Origin: Eledone cirrhosa
Taxonomy: Eukaryota
Length of the DNA stretch: 64,000 bases
Assembly: GCA_964016885.1 (NCBI GenBank)
Contig: OZ024741.1
Location: forward strand, 328,290,001 to 328,354,000
Direction of reading: 5' to 3'
The position numbers and the translations under genes are program-made. Shown one piece after another: positions 46,123-63,820 of this stretch. The notes below the pieces were generated by a model that had not been told where the DNA came from, made no database searches, and saw only the letters and a list, made by a program, of their open reading frames with translations. Each line of letters starts with the position of its first letter. Position 1 is the stretch's first letter.

Positions 46123-47004
46123 ACATAAATAAATAAACAAATAAATAGATAAAAACTTAAAAAATAAACATAAGTTTCATTGTAATGTTTGAATGTCTGA
46201 CTTAGTTTTTTTGTTTGTTTGTCTTTTTTCCTTTACGTTTTTCGTTTTCAAGGCCAGTAACATCGGTTACTAGTGTTGTTGGTGCTGCTGCTGCTGTTTC
46301 TGATTTTAGCTACGTGTCAAGTAGGGGTTGTTGCGTTCAAAACTTTTGAAATTTTTTTTTTGTATGTGTTCTGTTCTATAATCTTTCTACTTGTTGCTTA
46401 TTATTATTATTATATTATAGTTCAGATTTGGCACCGTTTAAGCTAAACATTTTGAGATAGTTTAGAGTTTAGAGATACAACAACAATAATTATTATGTTG
46501 GTGCTGTTGTTGTTGTTAGTTGTTTTACCGGGTCACTAAATCAGTCTATTTATATCTGTTGATGCCTTCCTCGCTTATTCATGCGTAGTGGCACTACTAC
46601 CATCCCTCTCTTAACAGGAGGTAGTAGTGGTAGCGATGATGCAGTGATGGCGGTGGTGATGGGATAGTAGTACTATAGTGATGGTATTGCTGCAGTCTGG
46701 CTAGATTGTTGTGGTAGTGGTGATGGTGGAGGCGGCGGTGGTGGTGTTGGTGGTGACATTATTTGGCTGTTGTTCGTAACCATTTTCTTTTTTGACTATA
46801 ACATTTCTGATACAAAATTAAATATTAAATATTGGAGCCCTATGCCATAATGTGATGCGTTGTCACTTCCTGAGAGCTAAGACTGGTATCTTATGTTCCA
46901 TTTGTAATAAGAATTATTCTATCACAATTGTTTTAAATATGTAAAAAATCAAAGCTTACGGAAGCGATTCCATAACACTCTATCCACCATGAGCGTATCT
47001 TCCC

Positions 47005-47285
<281 letters not shown>

Positions 47286-48441
47286 AAAGAAAAACGAATA
47301 ATTTCTACTGTAAGCACACGCCCAGTAATTTTCATGATTAAATCGATTAAATCGACCCATATACTTGACTGGTATATTATTTTATCGACCCCGGAGAGGT
47401 GAAAGGCAATGCTGATCTCGGAGAGATTTAAACTCCGAACGAAAAGGGGGAGGGGGCATCCAAATATTGTAAGATATATTCCCCGATGCTCTAATTAATG
47501 ATTCTGCCAACAATGATACCATCAAGAATCCCAGAGGTAGACCCTGAGCAAGATAGTTGGGTAACATCCATGAGCTTGGCTGGTCACGCTTTAGGATCCA
47601 GCTGGATCAGTTAGAGATGTTTGCTTCTGACAGAATCGCTGGAAGGAGTGTTTGAGGACTCTGCCTCCCCACGACCCTCTCAGAAATAATGGGCGAAGAA
47701 GAAGATATTGTCAATTTACTTTTCAATTTACATATATATATATATTTGCGTATAATACCAAAATGCACACTACATATGCGAGCAGAAAACCGCTCGAGGG
47801 CGGTTTTTCTGCTAGTGACAGTGATAATTGTTTCTACATTTGTCAGAAGGCTAGACAATATCCCAGTGCATTACTGGTACTTTATTTTATCGACCACGTA
47901 AGGATGAAAAGCAAAGTTAACCTCGGCGGGGTTTGAACTCAGATCATAAAGGGCCATAACTCTATGCTACAAAGCATGACGTCCGACCCTCCACCGATAC
48001 TGCAAATACACCGCCCTTGACAATAATAATAAAGAGAAAAGATGAAGTTAGTTCAGACGAAGAGGAGATACAGAGATAAAGAGTATCTACAAGGCCACAG
48101 TGTGTTACATAAGTACTTTGACAACTAATAGATTTGCTGATTAATCGGTATTGAATATCAATCAGCGCACATGACCCTCTCAAAGTACCTGACCCTCTCA
48201 AAGTACAACATTATATATTTAATATTTACAGGAGATTTCAGGATTTTACTTTTCGCTATAACAGAATATTTTCTTTAGTTCTATGATCAAACAATTAAGT
48301 GTCAGAGAGAAATAAATAATATACTGTAATTAGTAATTAATTTAATTACGTTCGTGCTTACATTTATTTGTTAATTGGAACGATGTTAATTAGTTGTTTA
48401 AAACCTATGTGTGAAACTTGAGATTTTCAAACATTGAACAA

Positions 48442-48505
<64 letters not shown>

Positions 48506-48522
48506 CAACACAACGGAAAAAA

Positions 48523-48558
<36 letters not shown>

Positions 48559-49604
48559 CAAATTAAAAGATATGTGTATACATATAGAGAGAAAGAGTCA
48601 CGTATCATTAGAGAAACTCATAGTATTGTGTTCATATATATAAAGCGTATTATATTTAGGAAAAGTTACATACTTTAAGGTGGAATAGTTCTTATATTCC
48701 TTGCGGTGCCTTTCATAGTTCGTAATCTGAAGCAATCATCGATCTAATTAATCGATTTTAGTAAAGCTACGGAAGACGTGAAACTAATCATTAACGGAAT
48801 CGTATTTGAATGAGTTTCAATAAAATACAAAATATTTTTTTTATTTTTCGGGATCCGAGAGTCAGCCAAAACTACAGAATGTTTTAACTGTGGTGGCAGA
48901 TACAAAAAGGACTTGACGTCATATCTGCTAGAAAGAGAAAAAGATAGATAGAATCAGTTTGAAATTCGTGAGACCTCCAGTTATGTGATGAGATTTTCTA
49001 ATCATATGCTTGGTGGTCACCGATCTGCCCAGTTAGTTTGTCTACCAGCATATCAGGAAAATATCATACATTTTCTGTATATTTTGCCTGGGGTGAACAT
49101 GTTTTTCTTTATGTTATACATAAAACGTTAAATCTTCGAAACATATATAATGAAATAAATAGAGATGATATAAAGTATATATCTTTTGTTTATTACAATA
49201 TATATATATATATATATTTAAAGAGACAGACAAAGTGAGAGAGAAGGAGAGAGAGAGGTTGATTGATGATTACATAGATAGCTAAGTAGATAGACAGATT
49301 TGTTGATGGATAGATAGATATTAAGGAGTGCGCCAGAAGTCTCATTTACACACTATTTATCGTACACTTTGCTAAAATGTTGTATGGTATTTGTCTGAGG
49401 TATTAATTTTCAAGATATTAATCGATATGATTAATTTGTGAGTTCTGGAAATTGGAGGTAAATAGGAAGCTGTGCACTCTATATTTGTCTAATCGATGTG
49501 GGTCCAATTATTGTCCTTGGAATCTTAGTTCTATTACGAGACTCATAACAACTGTCCATTTGTTATAATGATTCATAATGTCAATGGTTGCTATTTTAGC
49601 GTGA

Positions 49605-50035
49605 GCTTTACCTGGTAATCTATACTTTGGCGAGCGGTCTACCTGATTTTTCACCCTATCAATATCCAGTCTGCGAGCTTATTTATAATTTGGCACGGGC
49701 TCAAAACGTTAGTTACAATTCAGCCTCAGGTCTATTCGTTCTATTTAGCTTGAGGTCAACCTGGTCACTTACAACTAACCTGCGGTCTGTGTAGACATTT
49801 GCAATTTAGCGTGCAGCGTACAGCGTACAACCTACCTTATCATTTATAATTAATCATGTGTTCTACCTGGTCATTTGCACATCAGCTTGTGGTGTCCTGG
49901 TCATTTATAGTTTATCATGCTGTCTATCTTGTCTTTTCTACTTTATCGTGCAATCTACCTGGTCATTTACATATAAGCGTGCCGTTTGCATGACTATGTA
50001 CACTTTATCAAGCAGTCTACCAGGTCCTTTACAGT
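49605..50035. repeat. Degenerate dispersed tandem motif TCTACCTGGTCATTTAC (~7 copies)
   Basis: Copies near 49607, 49638, 49756, 49862, 49895, 49954 and 50015. Confidence 0.6.
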
Positions 50036-51940
50036 GCAGCATGCAACCTACATCTACTACATAAACTTTAGACGGCAGAATGAAAAAAACAAGTTTAAAA
50101 AAACAAGTTGAATGATTTTTTTTCAGACACGATGCTCGTATAACCCATGCGATCATGGGAAATAGATGTTCTTGAGGAAACCGATTAATTACATGTTATG
50201 TTTGTGAGAGAACTGAAATCCCTATCATTGAAAGACACAAGAAAACTTCTCATGAGATCCAACTTTGTAGGATGCCGGCTAAATCGGCATATGAGCTGTA
50301 AATTTTATTTCATGTTTTTCCTCTCCACACCATCAATGCTTCCAGTCAGAACATTTTACAACCCTCTTGAAACATACATTCTTTTCTTCTTTTCCAAACA
50401 TTTTAGAGGTTTATATACTTTTACATTAATATTCTTCCTCCACCATTTACCCTTTTATGTTGTTATATCATTACTATTTTTTTAAAGATTCACTTCTATT
50501 ATCTTTATGTCATTATAAAATCATTTTATCATTTTATCATTGAAATTTCAGGCCAGGGAGAGATAAACTAATAAAATTTCGTACAATAAAATGTCATCTG
50601 AAGACATAACTTTTACTAATAGTTCATTTGAGAACATATTTGAAATGTATTTATTGCTTCAAGGGGTGTAGTTTTATTTCGATCTCCTTGTTAGAGATAC
50701 AAAAGCCAAATATAATTCATCTATATCATCATGTAATAACATTTTGTTGCCAATATTTTTCTGCTTTTCTCTTATATATATATATGTGTGTGTGTTTGTG
50801 TGTGTGTATGTGTGTGTGTAGTATATTCATGTATGTGTGTGTGCGTGTGTCTAATTCGCTGAACTTGATAGCTTTCCAATAAAGACCCCTCGTGTCCTAT
50901 ATATTACAATTTCTGGACTCTCATTCAATTATCTACATTACCGTGTCACAAGTTTCTTCGATAATTTGTCTCGATTCTTATATCTCGTTTATCTTGATTT
51001 TGGTGTACTTTGCTGAGCTATATCTAGCTTCATAGAGAAAAGACCTCTATATAAAGAGATAACTAAATACGTTTTTGAATTTATAAGTCTATCTGTCCCC
51101 AGACCCAATCTATTACTATCCTTCCATCTAAACACTACTTCTATTGCTCCCTACTTTGCAAAGGAAATCGATGTACCAATACTTCTATTGTTGTTTTTGT
51201 CGTTAGAGTTCTGTCAAATGAGATCTTACGACCGTGTGCTGAACGTTCTCACAACTAAGTCACACGCCTTCATATAAAAAATTCCATTTAATGTTACAAA
51301 ATGCTAGATGTTTTACAAAAGTGGTTATGTAAGAACTGTACAATAATTTCTATATAAAATTGCTTTGTTGATAGATGCTTAGAAATGAGTATAGCTAGCC
51401 TTTAAATTGTAGGGTAATACTGATTGATAATTTAGGCGTGAGAACAGCAATTTATGGGTGTGAAAAGTTGATTGTATCGACCCCTCGGATGAAAGTGACT
51501 GTAATCAATGGCTGGCATCATGTCCAGAGGGAAGTCTCATGTTTCAGTTGCGTAACGCCACGGAAACCAAGTTAAACATCTGCCTAGTGAGCCTCCGTCT
51601 TCGAGATACACTTTTAATATTTGACTAATACTTGATCTTATTGCCTCCTGTAGGATGAAATTTAAACCTGACCACGGTGACATTTCAACTCACAACATAG
51701 ATAAGTAACGATATAAATAATCCCAAACCTTTGATTATGGAGTAAGTAGCATTTTCAAATTTAGGCAGAAGGTCAACAATTTGAAGTCATTCTAAAGCTA
51801 ATTTTACCGACACAAGTACAGAAGAATGAAAGGAAAATTAGACCTCCACGGAATTAGAAGTCAGAACGTAAAAAACTGTAAATAGATACCGTAATGTGTT
51901 ATCTCTGGTGCTCTAATACTACTACTGACATTCATTGCCT

Positions 51941-51976
51941 TAGGATTGTACAACAATAATTAGTTTGTATTCTACG

Positions 51977-52034
<58 letters not shown>

Positions 52035-52071
52035 CGTAGGATATCAACTAATGATTGTTGTGCAACCCTAG
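51941..52071. repeat. Inverted ~40-bp termini facing each other across (TA)n
   Basis: taggattgtacaacaataattagtttgtattctacgtca-(TA)n-tgacgtaggatatcaactaatgattgttgtgcaacccta. A third copy lies at 53573-53611. Confidence 0.8.
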
Positions 52072-52088
52072 TTGTATATATATATATA

Positions 52089-53558
<1,470 letters not shown>

Positions 53559-53638
53559 TAATGATATATATATGACGTAGAATACCACCTAATTATTGTT
53601 GTACAACCCTAAGGAAAATCTGCTTCGTAGAATCAAGA

Positions 53639-53730
53639 CGTATCTGAGGACCTTGCGATTTTCAGAGTCAGGTTCGATCATCATGTCGATTGTGCCTCGA
53701 GCTGGTCGCCAGAGAAACCATTGTAATATG
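53639..53730 (+). ncRNA. Hammerhead motif (CUGAGGA core) in TA-flanked module 53570-53860
   Basis: cgtat-CTGAGGA-cctt-gcgatt...ggtcgc-caga-GAAA-ccattg-TA-atatg. Homolog of 22603-22688. Confidence 0.72.
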
Positions 53731-53857
53731 TCCAATAAATTCCATTCGTCGCAATATTGATTCTATTTTTTTCTGTGATATCATACTCTGCTCTATGAGA
53801 GCATCGAGTGATCAAACGGCCGACCGCATATGGACACTGTAAGCATCCAACACCAAT

Positions 53858-54657
<800 letters not shown>

Positions 54658-55347
54658 ATATATATAGCATAACTAGGCTGTATTACCACCGTGGAAACAT
54701 TTGTAAGCACACGGAATAAATTGCCTTTTTATGATGTCTACCTGTTATTATTCATTCTTTATATATATATATATATATATATAAATGAAAATAAAATTAA
54801 TGTAAGCAAAAAGCCAACAATAATTCAGGTATATAACTGACTATATCATCAAGATGAAAAATATTTAATGCAAGATTAGGGAAAAAGTAACACAATCTTA
54901 ATTCAAATCAAATCAAGAAGAAAAAACGTTTTCATCAAACTTTGTGTAAGTTGAGGAAAAAACAATACAATCTTAATTTAAAATAAAATCAAGAAGTAAT
55001 ATGTCAATTTGGGGAAAACTACAAATGCACAATATAGTCTTTAAAAGACCATTTCACGAAACATTTCGGTGGGGTTAGTCACGGTTGGTGTCGATCTTCA
55101 GTAGTGCTCAAAAGATTAACTAAAATTTCACTGATAAAATAGCGAGGTAAAAAAATAATCGACTGGGATTTAAGAGCGTGTAGAAATGAAATAACAAGAC
55201 ACACGTGTAGACAAATTAGTGATGGCGGGATGAGATGAAAAGGCAGTTTACAAGAAACAACAGTCAAAACATTCCGAAAAACTCAACAAAAATATGGAGT
55301 TCAGCATAAGCAATATTATGGAGTCTTTTTTGAAAAAATATATATAT

Positions 55348-55538
<191 letters not shown>

Positions 55539-55640
55539 TGTGTGTGTGTGTGTAAAGAGGTAAACAGAAATAACAACAGAATCAGTACAGTATATGGAAG
55601 GAATATATTAGGTTAACACTTGAAATAGTAGGAAGAGGGC

Positions 55641-55675
55641 CATAACGTTTCGGACGCTAGTCCTTCATCAGAAGA
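55641..55675 (-). ncRNA. Minimal hammerhead motif in pLTR-like module 55553-55890
   Basis: CTGATGA-a-ggac-tagc-gtcc-GAAA-cgt-TA. Stem I is poorly paired in this copy. The module ends in (CA)n. Confidence 0.7.
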
Positions 55676-55916
55676 AAGAATTAGAAATAAGATAGATTGA
55701 AGGTACGGGCGGGGTGAAATTGGAAAAAATGTCTTTAGATAAAAATAACAGGTCCATTCAAGTTGATATCGCTTGAAATGGTGGCGTTTTGTTTATGATT
55801 TACTTTTTTTTAGAAAAGTGGATGATGGAGCGCGTCTACCATAAATGGAAGAAAAAAAACGTTTTGTAAAAAGAGCTATACTTGTGCGCGCGTGCGTATG
55901 CATGTGTGTGTCTGTG

Positions 55917-55984
<68 letters not shown>

Positions 55985-55987
<3 letters not shown>

Positions 55988-56518
55988 AAAGTATGTCCAT
56001 AGAATTATTTGATAAAATATATACACCATTTCCTCTCCCAATCAGCATAATCAACCACACAAAAAAACAATAATACCAGGCTATAAGATTAAAAGACACC
56101 TATGAAGAAATAATAGATAAATAAACGCCAGCTATCTATTCGCGATCAACAGCCATAGAATATTTACCCAGCATTTCCAATAGCAATTGGGAATCGATTA
56201 AATATATCGTCAACCATACACAATTAGGTATAAAATGAAAGTTAGAAGAAAAATGTATATAAACATAGCAAAATTACGTTTCTATCCCATGGGATTTCAT
56301 TCGCTTTTGGAAATATCCGATCAAGGTTAAATTCACGAGCTTCGAAATCATCAGGAAACAAACTCACTTGGACGAAGATTTTTCTTAAATGATCCCCGTC
56401 AGAAACGAATTCAAAATGGCTAAGAACTGTGACGTGGCAGTGGTCAAGTCAAAAAGAATGTTATTGGTGCCTTACGGCGAGTGGGCTGGTTGCTAGAAAG
56501 CGCATCCTAATATTGCCT
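55985..56518 (-). mobile_element. Solo TA-flanked pLTR-like module (homolog of 29640-30173)
   Basis: Shared blocks with 29640-30173. Intact hammerhead. Confidence 0.78.
56278..56359 (-). ncRNA. Intact type I hammerhead ribozyme
   Basis: gtttc-CTGATGA-tttcg...cgaat-GAAA-tcccatggga-TA-gaaac. 10-nt palindromic stem III. Confidence 0.88.
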
Positions 56519-56520
56519 AA

Positions 56521-56591
<71 letters not shown>

Positions 56592-56661
56592 GAGAGAGAG
56601 AGAGGGGGGGGAGAGAGAGAGCTGTAGGCAGAGATGAATAGATAAATAAGGAGATATGTAT

Positions 56662-56700
<39 letters not shown>

Positions 56701-57924
56701 GTTTGTTGAATTATAGATCCAGACGCCCCTGCAACTAATTCACCCCTCCGCACTCACCAATGTCCCTTACGCGCTGGACTATTTGCGCGCCCACCACATA
56801 AAAAGATTTTCTCAACTTTCAAGCCTCTTCTTTCTCCAGGCTTTACTCTTTCCCGATGAAGTTCTAATGTCCGGTAGTTGAAACATTTATTTTCATTTTC
56901 CAGCCAGCATGAAGCTAATACAATTTTCCCTACATTCATCTCTGTATTTGTTTTGTTTAATTTTCAGATTGGAGCAAGAGATCTATTTTTCATTTCATTT
57001 TTCCATAGTTGATGTTCTCTGTCAATAGCAGCTACCGACGACGAAACAGCTGGATAGAATAACCAATTAAAAGTTGTTAACTGTTAATTGTCCTGACAGT
57101 ATGTGACATTGACGTTATTAGCATTTATGTGGTATGAAGATATATTAAATGAATAGTTATTATTGTAGGTATAAACATTACAAGTCTCCCGCCCAGTGCA
57201 ATATTCCAGCTGATATTGACTAGACATCTAATATATATATGATACATATAGATGGGAGGGTGAATATGTGTATATATGTTTGTAGCTATGTATATGTGTG
57301 TAAAATATTAATATGAATGTATCTATACATACGTCATACATACATATACACACGCTATATCTACTATATTTGAATATATATGTATATATATATATATATA
57401 ATATATATACACAGATATATATATATATGTGTATATATATGTGTGTGTGTATATATGTGTATGTATATATATGTATATATATGCATATAGTGAAAGAGAG
57501 AGAGAGAGAGAGAGAGACAAAGAGAGATGGACAGAGAGAGACAATCAATTGTTCCAGCTATAACATTCAGATAACAATTAGTCTTTGACACTTGGTTCGG
57601 GAGGAAAAAAAACACATATTTTCTAAATATGAAAAAATAATTAAGTGCCGCAGAAAATTAATTAGAAAATATTGATGTAATTACAAAGGAAAACAGTATG
57701 TAATGTATTATGATATCGAGGAAAACATAAAGAAATTATGAGAAAGTTTGTCATAATCTAAAGTATACTTATTAGTTCGTATAACAACATGTTATTGTTA
57801 TTTATCAAATAGCAAAGGGACACATAACAAATAAGCTATATATATCTATACATATATGTGTGAGTGTGTGTGTCAATATATATATATATACATATATATG
57901 TGAGTGTGTGTATATATATATAAT

Positions 57925-60900
57925 GATGAATTTGAAGACTAAAATCCCAAGAAGGCTCGATAAGGATAAATATATATCAAATATATAAGAATCGTAGAGC
58001 AAATATTTATTAAAATAAAAGTTTAAGCAAAGAATCGCTGCTTTTACCCTTAACGGGATCTTCTGAAACTAACAAAGTCAATCTCTGGACGCAGAAGGGT
58101 ATATTTCAAAAAACGTTGCAACTGGAGGAAGACAGGAAGACGATACTTTGGTTCATGGAAACGTTCCCTGGCAAAGAACGGGAAAAAACGAATATAATAG
58201 GTCATTATTTGGAGCTGTGAAAAACAATTACACGCAGAGACAAAACCACGTTTATTTTATAAAAGAAGTCGTAGACTAATATTCTATTAGGTGGTTCATA
58301 GAGACGTTCTCTGGCAATGAACGGAAAAAACGAAGATAATACGTCATATGTGGAGCGGGTAGAACAATTGCACGCAAAGACAAAACCACGTAAATTGTAT
58401 AACTGAAGTCGTAGACTAAAATTCTAGCTACGAAACCGAATGATTCTCGGCTTCAGAGTTAAGAATAAACTAAATAAAATACAGAGGTAATTGAAATTAA
58501 ATAAATACATACATGCATCCATATACGTACATACACAAGCATACGCGAAAACTCTCGCCGTAAGTATACAAATACACGCACGTAACCAAAAAAAAGAAAT
58601 AACCCCCACGCACATACAGAACCCACGCAACGCCTGAACCCGCACGCATACTAATGTATACACCATATACACATAAAAATATATATAAAAAAATATATAT
58701 ATATATGTATGTGTGTGTGTACGTGTATACATATAATTAAATAAACGTATATAAATACATAAATACGTATATAACAAGCGCACACACATACCTACATGTA
58801 AATACACATATGTTCGGAGACGAACGTCAACCAAAACACAAAGTACACATATACACACACCCTACATACGTACGAACCCGCATACTTACACAGACGCAAA
58901 ACTCACGTATACACATAACCAAATGCATATGTACCAGAATATATAATATATACGCCATAACCCTACGAAGTCCGATTTAGGTAGACTTAGTAAAAGGATT
59001 CTTGATTGAATTAGAAGTTTTGCCCATCTTGCACTGTGGAACAATTCTTTCGCGGTGATTGATTGGTTCAACGGCATACGCAACAAGGAACATTGCCGTT
59101 TTATCCAATTCGACATCAATAATTACTACTCCTCCATCACTTTACCACACCTGCTTAGTGCTATCAATTTCGCTAAAACACTTACAGTGGTTAGGGGTTT
59201 TGCAGTTGATGTCATTCTCAATTACCGAAAGTCGGTGATTAATTTAGACGACTCTATTTGGATTAAAAAATCTAATAGTACCCCATTCGACGTGAGTATG
59301 GGCGCCAGCGATTCTGCGGAGGTTACTGATTTTATCGGCCTTTTCCTTCTTTTCTCTATCAAGGAAGAATTCCCCAACGCGGGCGGTGGTTTGTGCCGTT
59401 ATGATGGTCTTTTGACCATGACTAAGTGCGGCCCACATGCTTGCTACAGGTTCAGAAAAGAAATCACAGCCTTATTTAAAGGCTTCAACATCTCCATACA
59501 GGTTGAGGCCAACCTCTCGGTCGTTAATTACCTCGACGTTACCCTCTATTTATCGAATGGCTTGCATTACCCGTATAGAAAGCCGAATGATACGCTTAAT
59601 TACATAAGTAAGCATTCTAACCATCCATCCTGCCAGCATAACCAAGAACCTGGTAAGAAACGTTTCTTTGAGGCTTTTTCGTCTATCTACTAACGAGCAT
59701 ATTTTCAACGACCATTCCATATTTTACAATGAAGCTCTTGCTCGCAGTGGATTTGTAGATAAGGTAGCATATACAGAGTACGAGAATAGACCTAGAAGAA
59801 ATAGATTCCGAGACATTATATGGTATAACCCACTATATAATATGGATGTGGCCACACCATTAGCTAATATCTTTCTCTCCCTTATTGTGAAGCATTTTTC
59901 CCCCTATACATAAATATATTAAAATTTTTAATAGAAATACTATTAAAATTTCTTACTCTACGACTCCTAACCTTGCACATAACATCACAGCTTCAAATTT
60001 AGCTAAACTACCTAGTCGTAGGAACACGTGCAACCCTGTAGTTAGTACTAACTGTAATTGTAGGAATCGGGTTGATTGCCTCCTATCCGGGAAATGCCTC
60101 TCTAGTAACATTGTCTACAAATGTAAGGTTGAAACACCCACGCACCGTAGGGCCTACAAAGGGTTAACCGCCAATAGATTCAAGCAGCGACTTTACATGC
60201 ATACCCATTCTTTTCGTGACCCTTTAAGAAGGAATATGACGTCACTTTCAGCTTATATCTGGAGTCTATAAGACAGCCACACCCAATATAAGTTACTCTG
60301 GGAGATCCTAGTTAGGGCTAGATCGTATAACGGAAATAAAAGACCATGTGACCTCTGCGCCGCTGAGGCCCTGGAAATATTCTACGCCAAAGACCACATC
60401 TTAAACAAAAATCTGAGGCAATTTTGGCCTGTAAACATAAATTGCGTAAAACTTTCCTGTATTACAGCCCCACATTATACGCTAACAGAGAGTACGAACT
60501 ATACGCGGATATTTTACGCGCCTTGATGTGGTAGCTAAGTATATTTTATGTTAATACCATTACTTATTCGTATAGGTAAGTATATATTACCTGTATGTTT
60601 TGTGAAGGTACGTATACTTTCTCGTACGTATATTTGATTCTATATGTTATGACGTATATATGATATATTCTGGTACATATGCATTTGGTTATGTGTATAC
60701 GTGAGTTTTGCGTCTGTGTGAGTATGCGGGTTCGTACGTATGTAGGGTGTGTGTATATGTGAACTTTGTGTTTCGGTTGACGTTCGTCTCCGAACATATG
60801 TGTATTTACATGTAGGTATGTGTGTGCGCTTGTTATATACGTATTTATGTATTTATATACGTTTATTTAATTATATGTATACACGTACACACACACATAC

Positions 60901-61620
60901 ATATATATATATATTTTTTTATATATATTTTTATGTGTATATGGTGTATACATTAGTATGCGTGCGGGTTCAGGCGTTGCGTGTGTTCTGTATGCGCGTG
61001 CGGATTTTTTTTCTTTGTTTTTTGGTGTACGTGCATGTATTTGTATACCTACGGCGAGAGTTTTCGCGTATGCTTGTATATGTACATATATGGATGCATG
61101 TATGTATTTATTTAATTTCAATTACCTCTGTATTTTATTTACTTTATTCTTAACTCTGAAGCCGAGAATCATTCGGTTTCGTAGCTAGAATTTTAGTCTA
61201 CGACTTCAGTTATACAATTTACGTGGTTTTCTCTTTGAGTGCAATTGTTCTACCCGCTCCACATATGACGTCCTATCTTCGTTTTTTCCGTTGATTGCCA
61301 GAGAACGTCTCTATGAACCACTTAATAGAATATTAGTCTACGACTTCTTTTATAGCATAAACTTGGTTTTGTCTTTGCGTGTAATTGTTTTTCACAGCTC
61401 CAAATAATGACGTATTATATTTGTTTTTTCTCGTTCTTTGCCAGGGAACGTTTCCACGAACCAAAGTATCGTTTTCCTGTCTTCTTCCGGTTGCAATGTT
61501 TTTTGAAATATTCCCTTCTGTGTTCACAGATTGACTTTGTTAGTTTCAGAAGATCCCGTTAAGGTTGAAAGCAGCGATCGATTCTTTGCTTAAACTTTAA
61601 ACTGTTATTTTAATAAATAT
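57925..61620 (+). mobile_element. Penelope-like element P5 with ~960-bp inverted terminal repeats
   Basis: Inverted 58003-58960 / 60646-61620. Body 58961-60470: PTKSDLGRLSK, FIQFDINNYYSSI, FDVSMGASDSAE, NYLDVTL, SNHP, IIWYNPLYN, CNCRNRVDC, IVYKCKV..YKGLT (GIY-YIG), CDLC. TA flanks. Confidence 0.92.
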
Positions 61621-63238
61621 ATATATATATATATATATAAACATACATATATAAATATATAAATAACTATATTCATATATGATGTATAAATAACTCTATT
61701 CATACATCATACATAAATACATACATATATACATACATGCATACATACATATTTCTTATGATGTGTATAACGAATTATGCAGAATGTGAACATATTTCAT
61801 ATAAAGCGAAAGAGTAATAACACAGTTTTATGTATCCAAACTGAATTATATTATTTTAACATATTTGTAGATAAGAATATAATCTTATATTATTTTGACC
61901 TCTATGTCAAAAGTTATAGATGTTAGATCGTATTGTAATGGAGTATTTTCGTTCATTTCTGTGTCAGCTGTTGTTCTTATTGTTGTTATGTATCTCCTGG
62001 TTTTATTGAATAAAACTATAGGCAAAGCCGTTCTACTCATGACCTCCATACCGATTTGTTTTTTATATCTTCTGCTATTTAGTCCAATTAAACTTTCGTT
62101 AATGTTTGCAGGTATGTTTTTATAGTTAAAACGTTCGCTTCCCATCTATGCGTTCCCTGGTTCCAACCCACTACCAGTTAATTTAATGCTACCATAAAAT
62201 CACGTCGACCTAATTCTATTGAGTTAAATTTCGTAGATGCTATCTGTGAAGAATTTTAAAGTGTATCTGTGAATAAGTCTTAAACTGTTGCCAATTTTTA
62301 AAGTTTAACTCCCCGTCTTTTACATTGTCGTCTAGAGAAGAAACTTTCATTCATATTAGAATATTAGGGAGGGTGGCGTGAGATAGGTCGTTTAGGTCGT
62401 TTTAAAACTGGTGGTGTCTATATTTCGCTTGGTTTGATGATAGCAGTTTATACTAGCCATTGAAAGAGAAAGATACTGAGACAAGCGAATTAACAGTGAG
62501 GCATAGAGGAAGTAGTGAAATGCTAAGTATTTATCAATTACGAAAGGAAAAAATACGAAAAGGACCTCAATGGGATTTCAATTTAGAATGCAAGGAAATG
62601 TAAAAAATAGTGCAAAATGTCTAGACGGTGTTCTAATAACTCAGTTAATTCCCCAAATTGTAGAATCCACTCTGTTGCAAACATTTGGTCTAGCCCATTC
62701 TTCTAAGAATAGATTATTTCGATCCAATGGGATATCTAGGATAAAATGGAAATGGACTAGATATTATCTAAAATATCTTTATTTGTAATTTCATAGAATT
62801 TGAACTAATAACTATTGTTACTCTCTGGAGTGACAGGTTGGTTCATATGTAGGAGTTTAAATTATCTGTAACTGTTGTAGTTAGGAGTAGTATCACTAGT
62901 GATATACTGCGAGTTGAGTTTATATGAATTATTCTCAAGCACACATACATACGTACATACATACGTACCTGCATGCATACATACATAAACATATGCATAA
63001 ATATAAATATAAATATATATATAGAGAGAGGGAAGTTCGAGAGAGAGTGAGAAGACATTTTATTAATTTTACAAACGCTAGTAGAAACAATTATAACTAG
63101 TAAAAACAATTAATTTTACAAACGCCTGTCCAGATTGTTCAGTATCTAAAGTATAAGGGAAACAAGTAGCATCTATAGTGGTCGACAGATATTACAGTCA
63201 TATATATACAATGATTGATATATATATGTGGTGGGGCG

Positions 63239-63483
<245 letters not shown>

Positions 63484-63664
63484 TTATGTTTCATACTGAA
63501 CCCGGTCATTGAAATGTTCATAGTATAATAAACCTTTAAGGAATTACACCAGTCCAGCCTCCTGTTATTTTATAATAATAATAATATATATATATATCCA
63601 GTGAATTTCCAACCCATAAGGTATGATTTTCATAGGTATGTCTCTATTTATAAAACAAACTTTG

Positions 63665-63729
63665 TATTTTATCTGATGAAAGCGTACCAATATTTTTCTT
63701 GGTACCCTTGAAATATATATAATAAAATA
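63665..63729 (+). ncRNA. Intact type I hammerhead ribozyme; truncated inverted copy at 63818-63882
   Basis: tattttat-CTGATGA-aagcgtaccaa-tatttttc-ttggtaccctt-GAAA-tatata-TA-ataaaata. 8-bp stem I. Confidence 0.88.
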
Positions 63730-63768
63730 AATATGGTTTTGTAAATATAGTTTCCATTTATTTAATAT

Positions 63769-63820
<52 letters not shown>

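Noticed and set aside
58403-58456. Hammerhead-like CTGAAGT..gtag/ctac GAAA ccga/tcgg
   Set aside because: Core is non-canonical, there is no UH after stem III, and it lies antisense to the element.
57925-61620. DNA transposon interpretation of long inverted termini (also P1 and the hairpin modules as MITEs)
   Set aside because: The enclosed ORFs are PLE RT/GIY-YIG, the arms are asymmetric, and there is no transposase.
61885-62145. 86-aa minus-strand ORF as a host exon
   Set aside because: No recognisable domain and no convincing splice signals.
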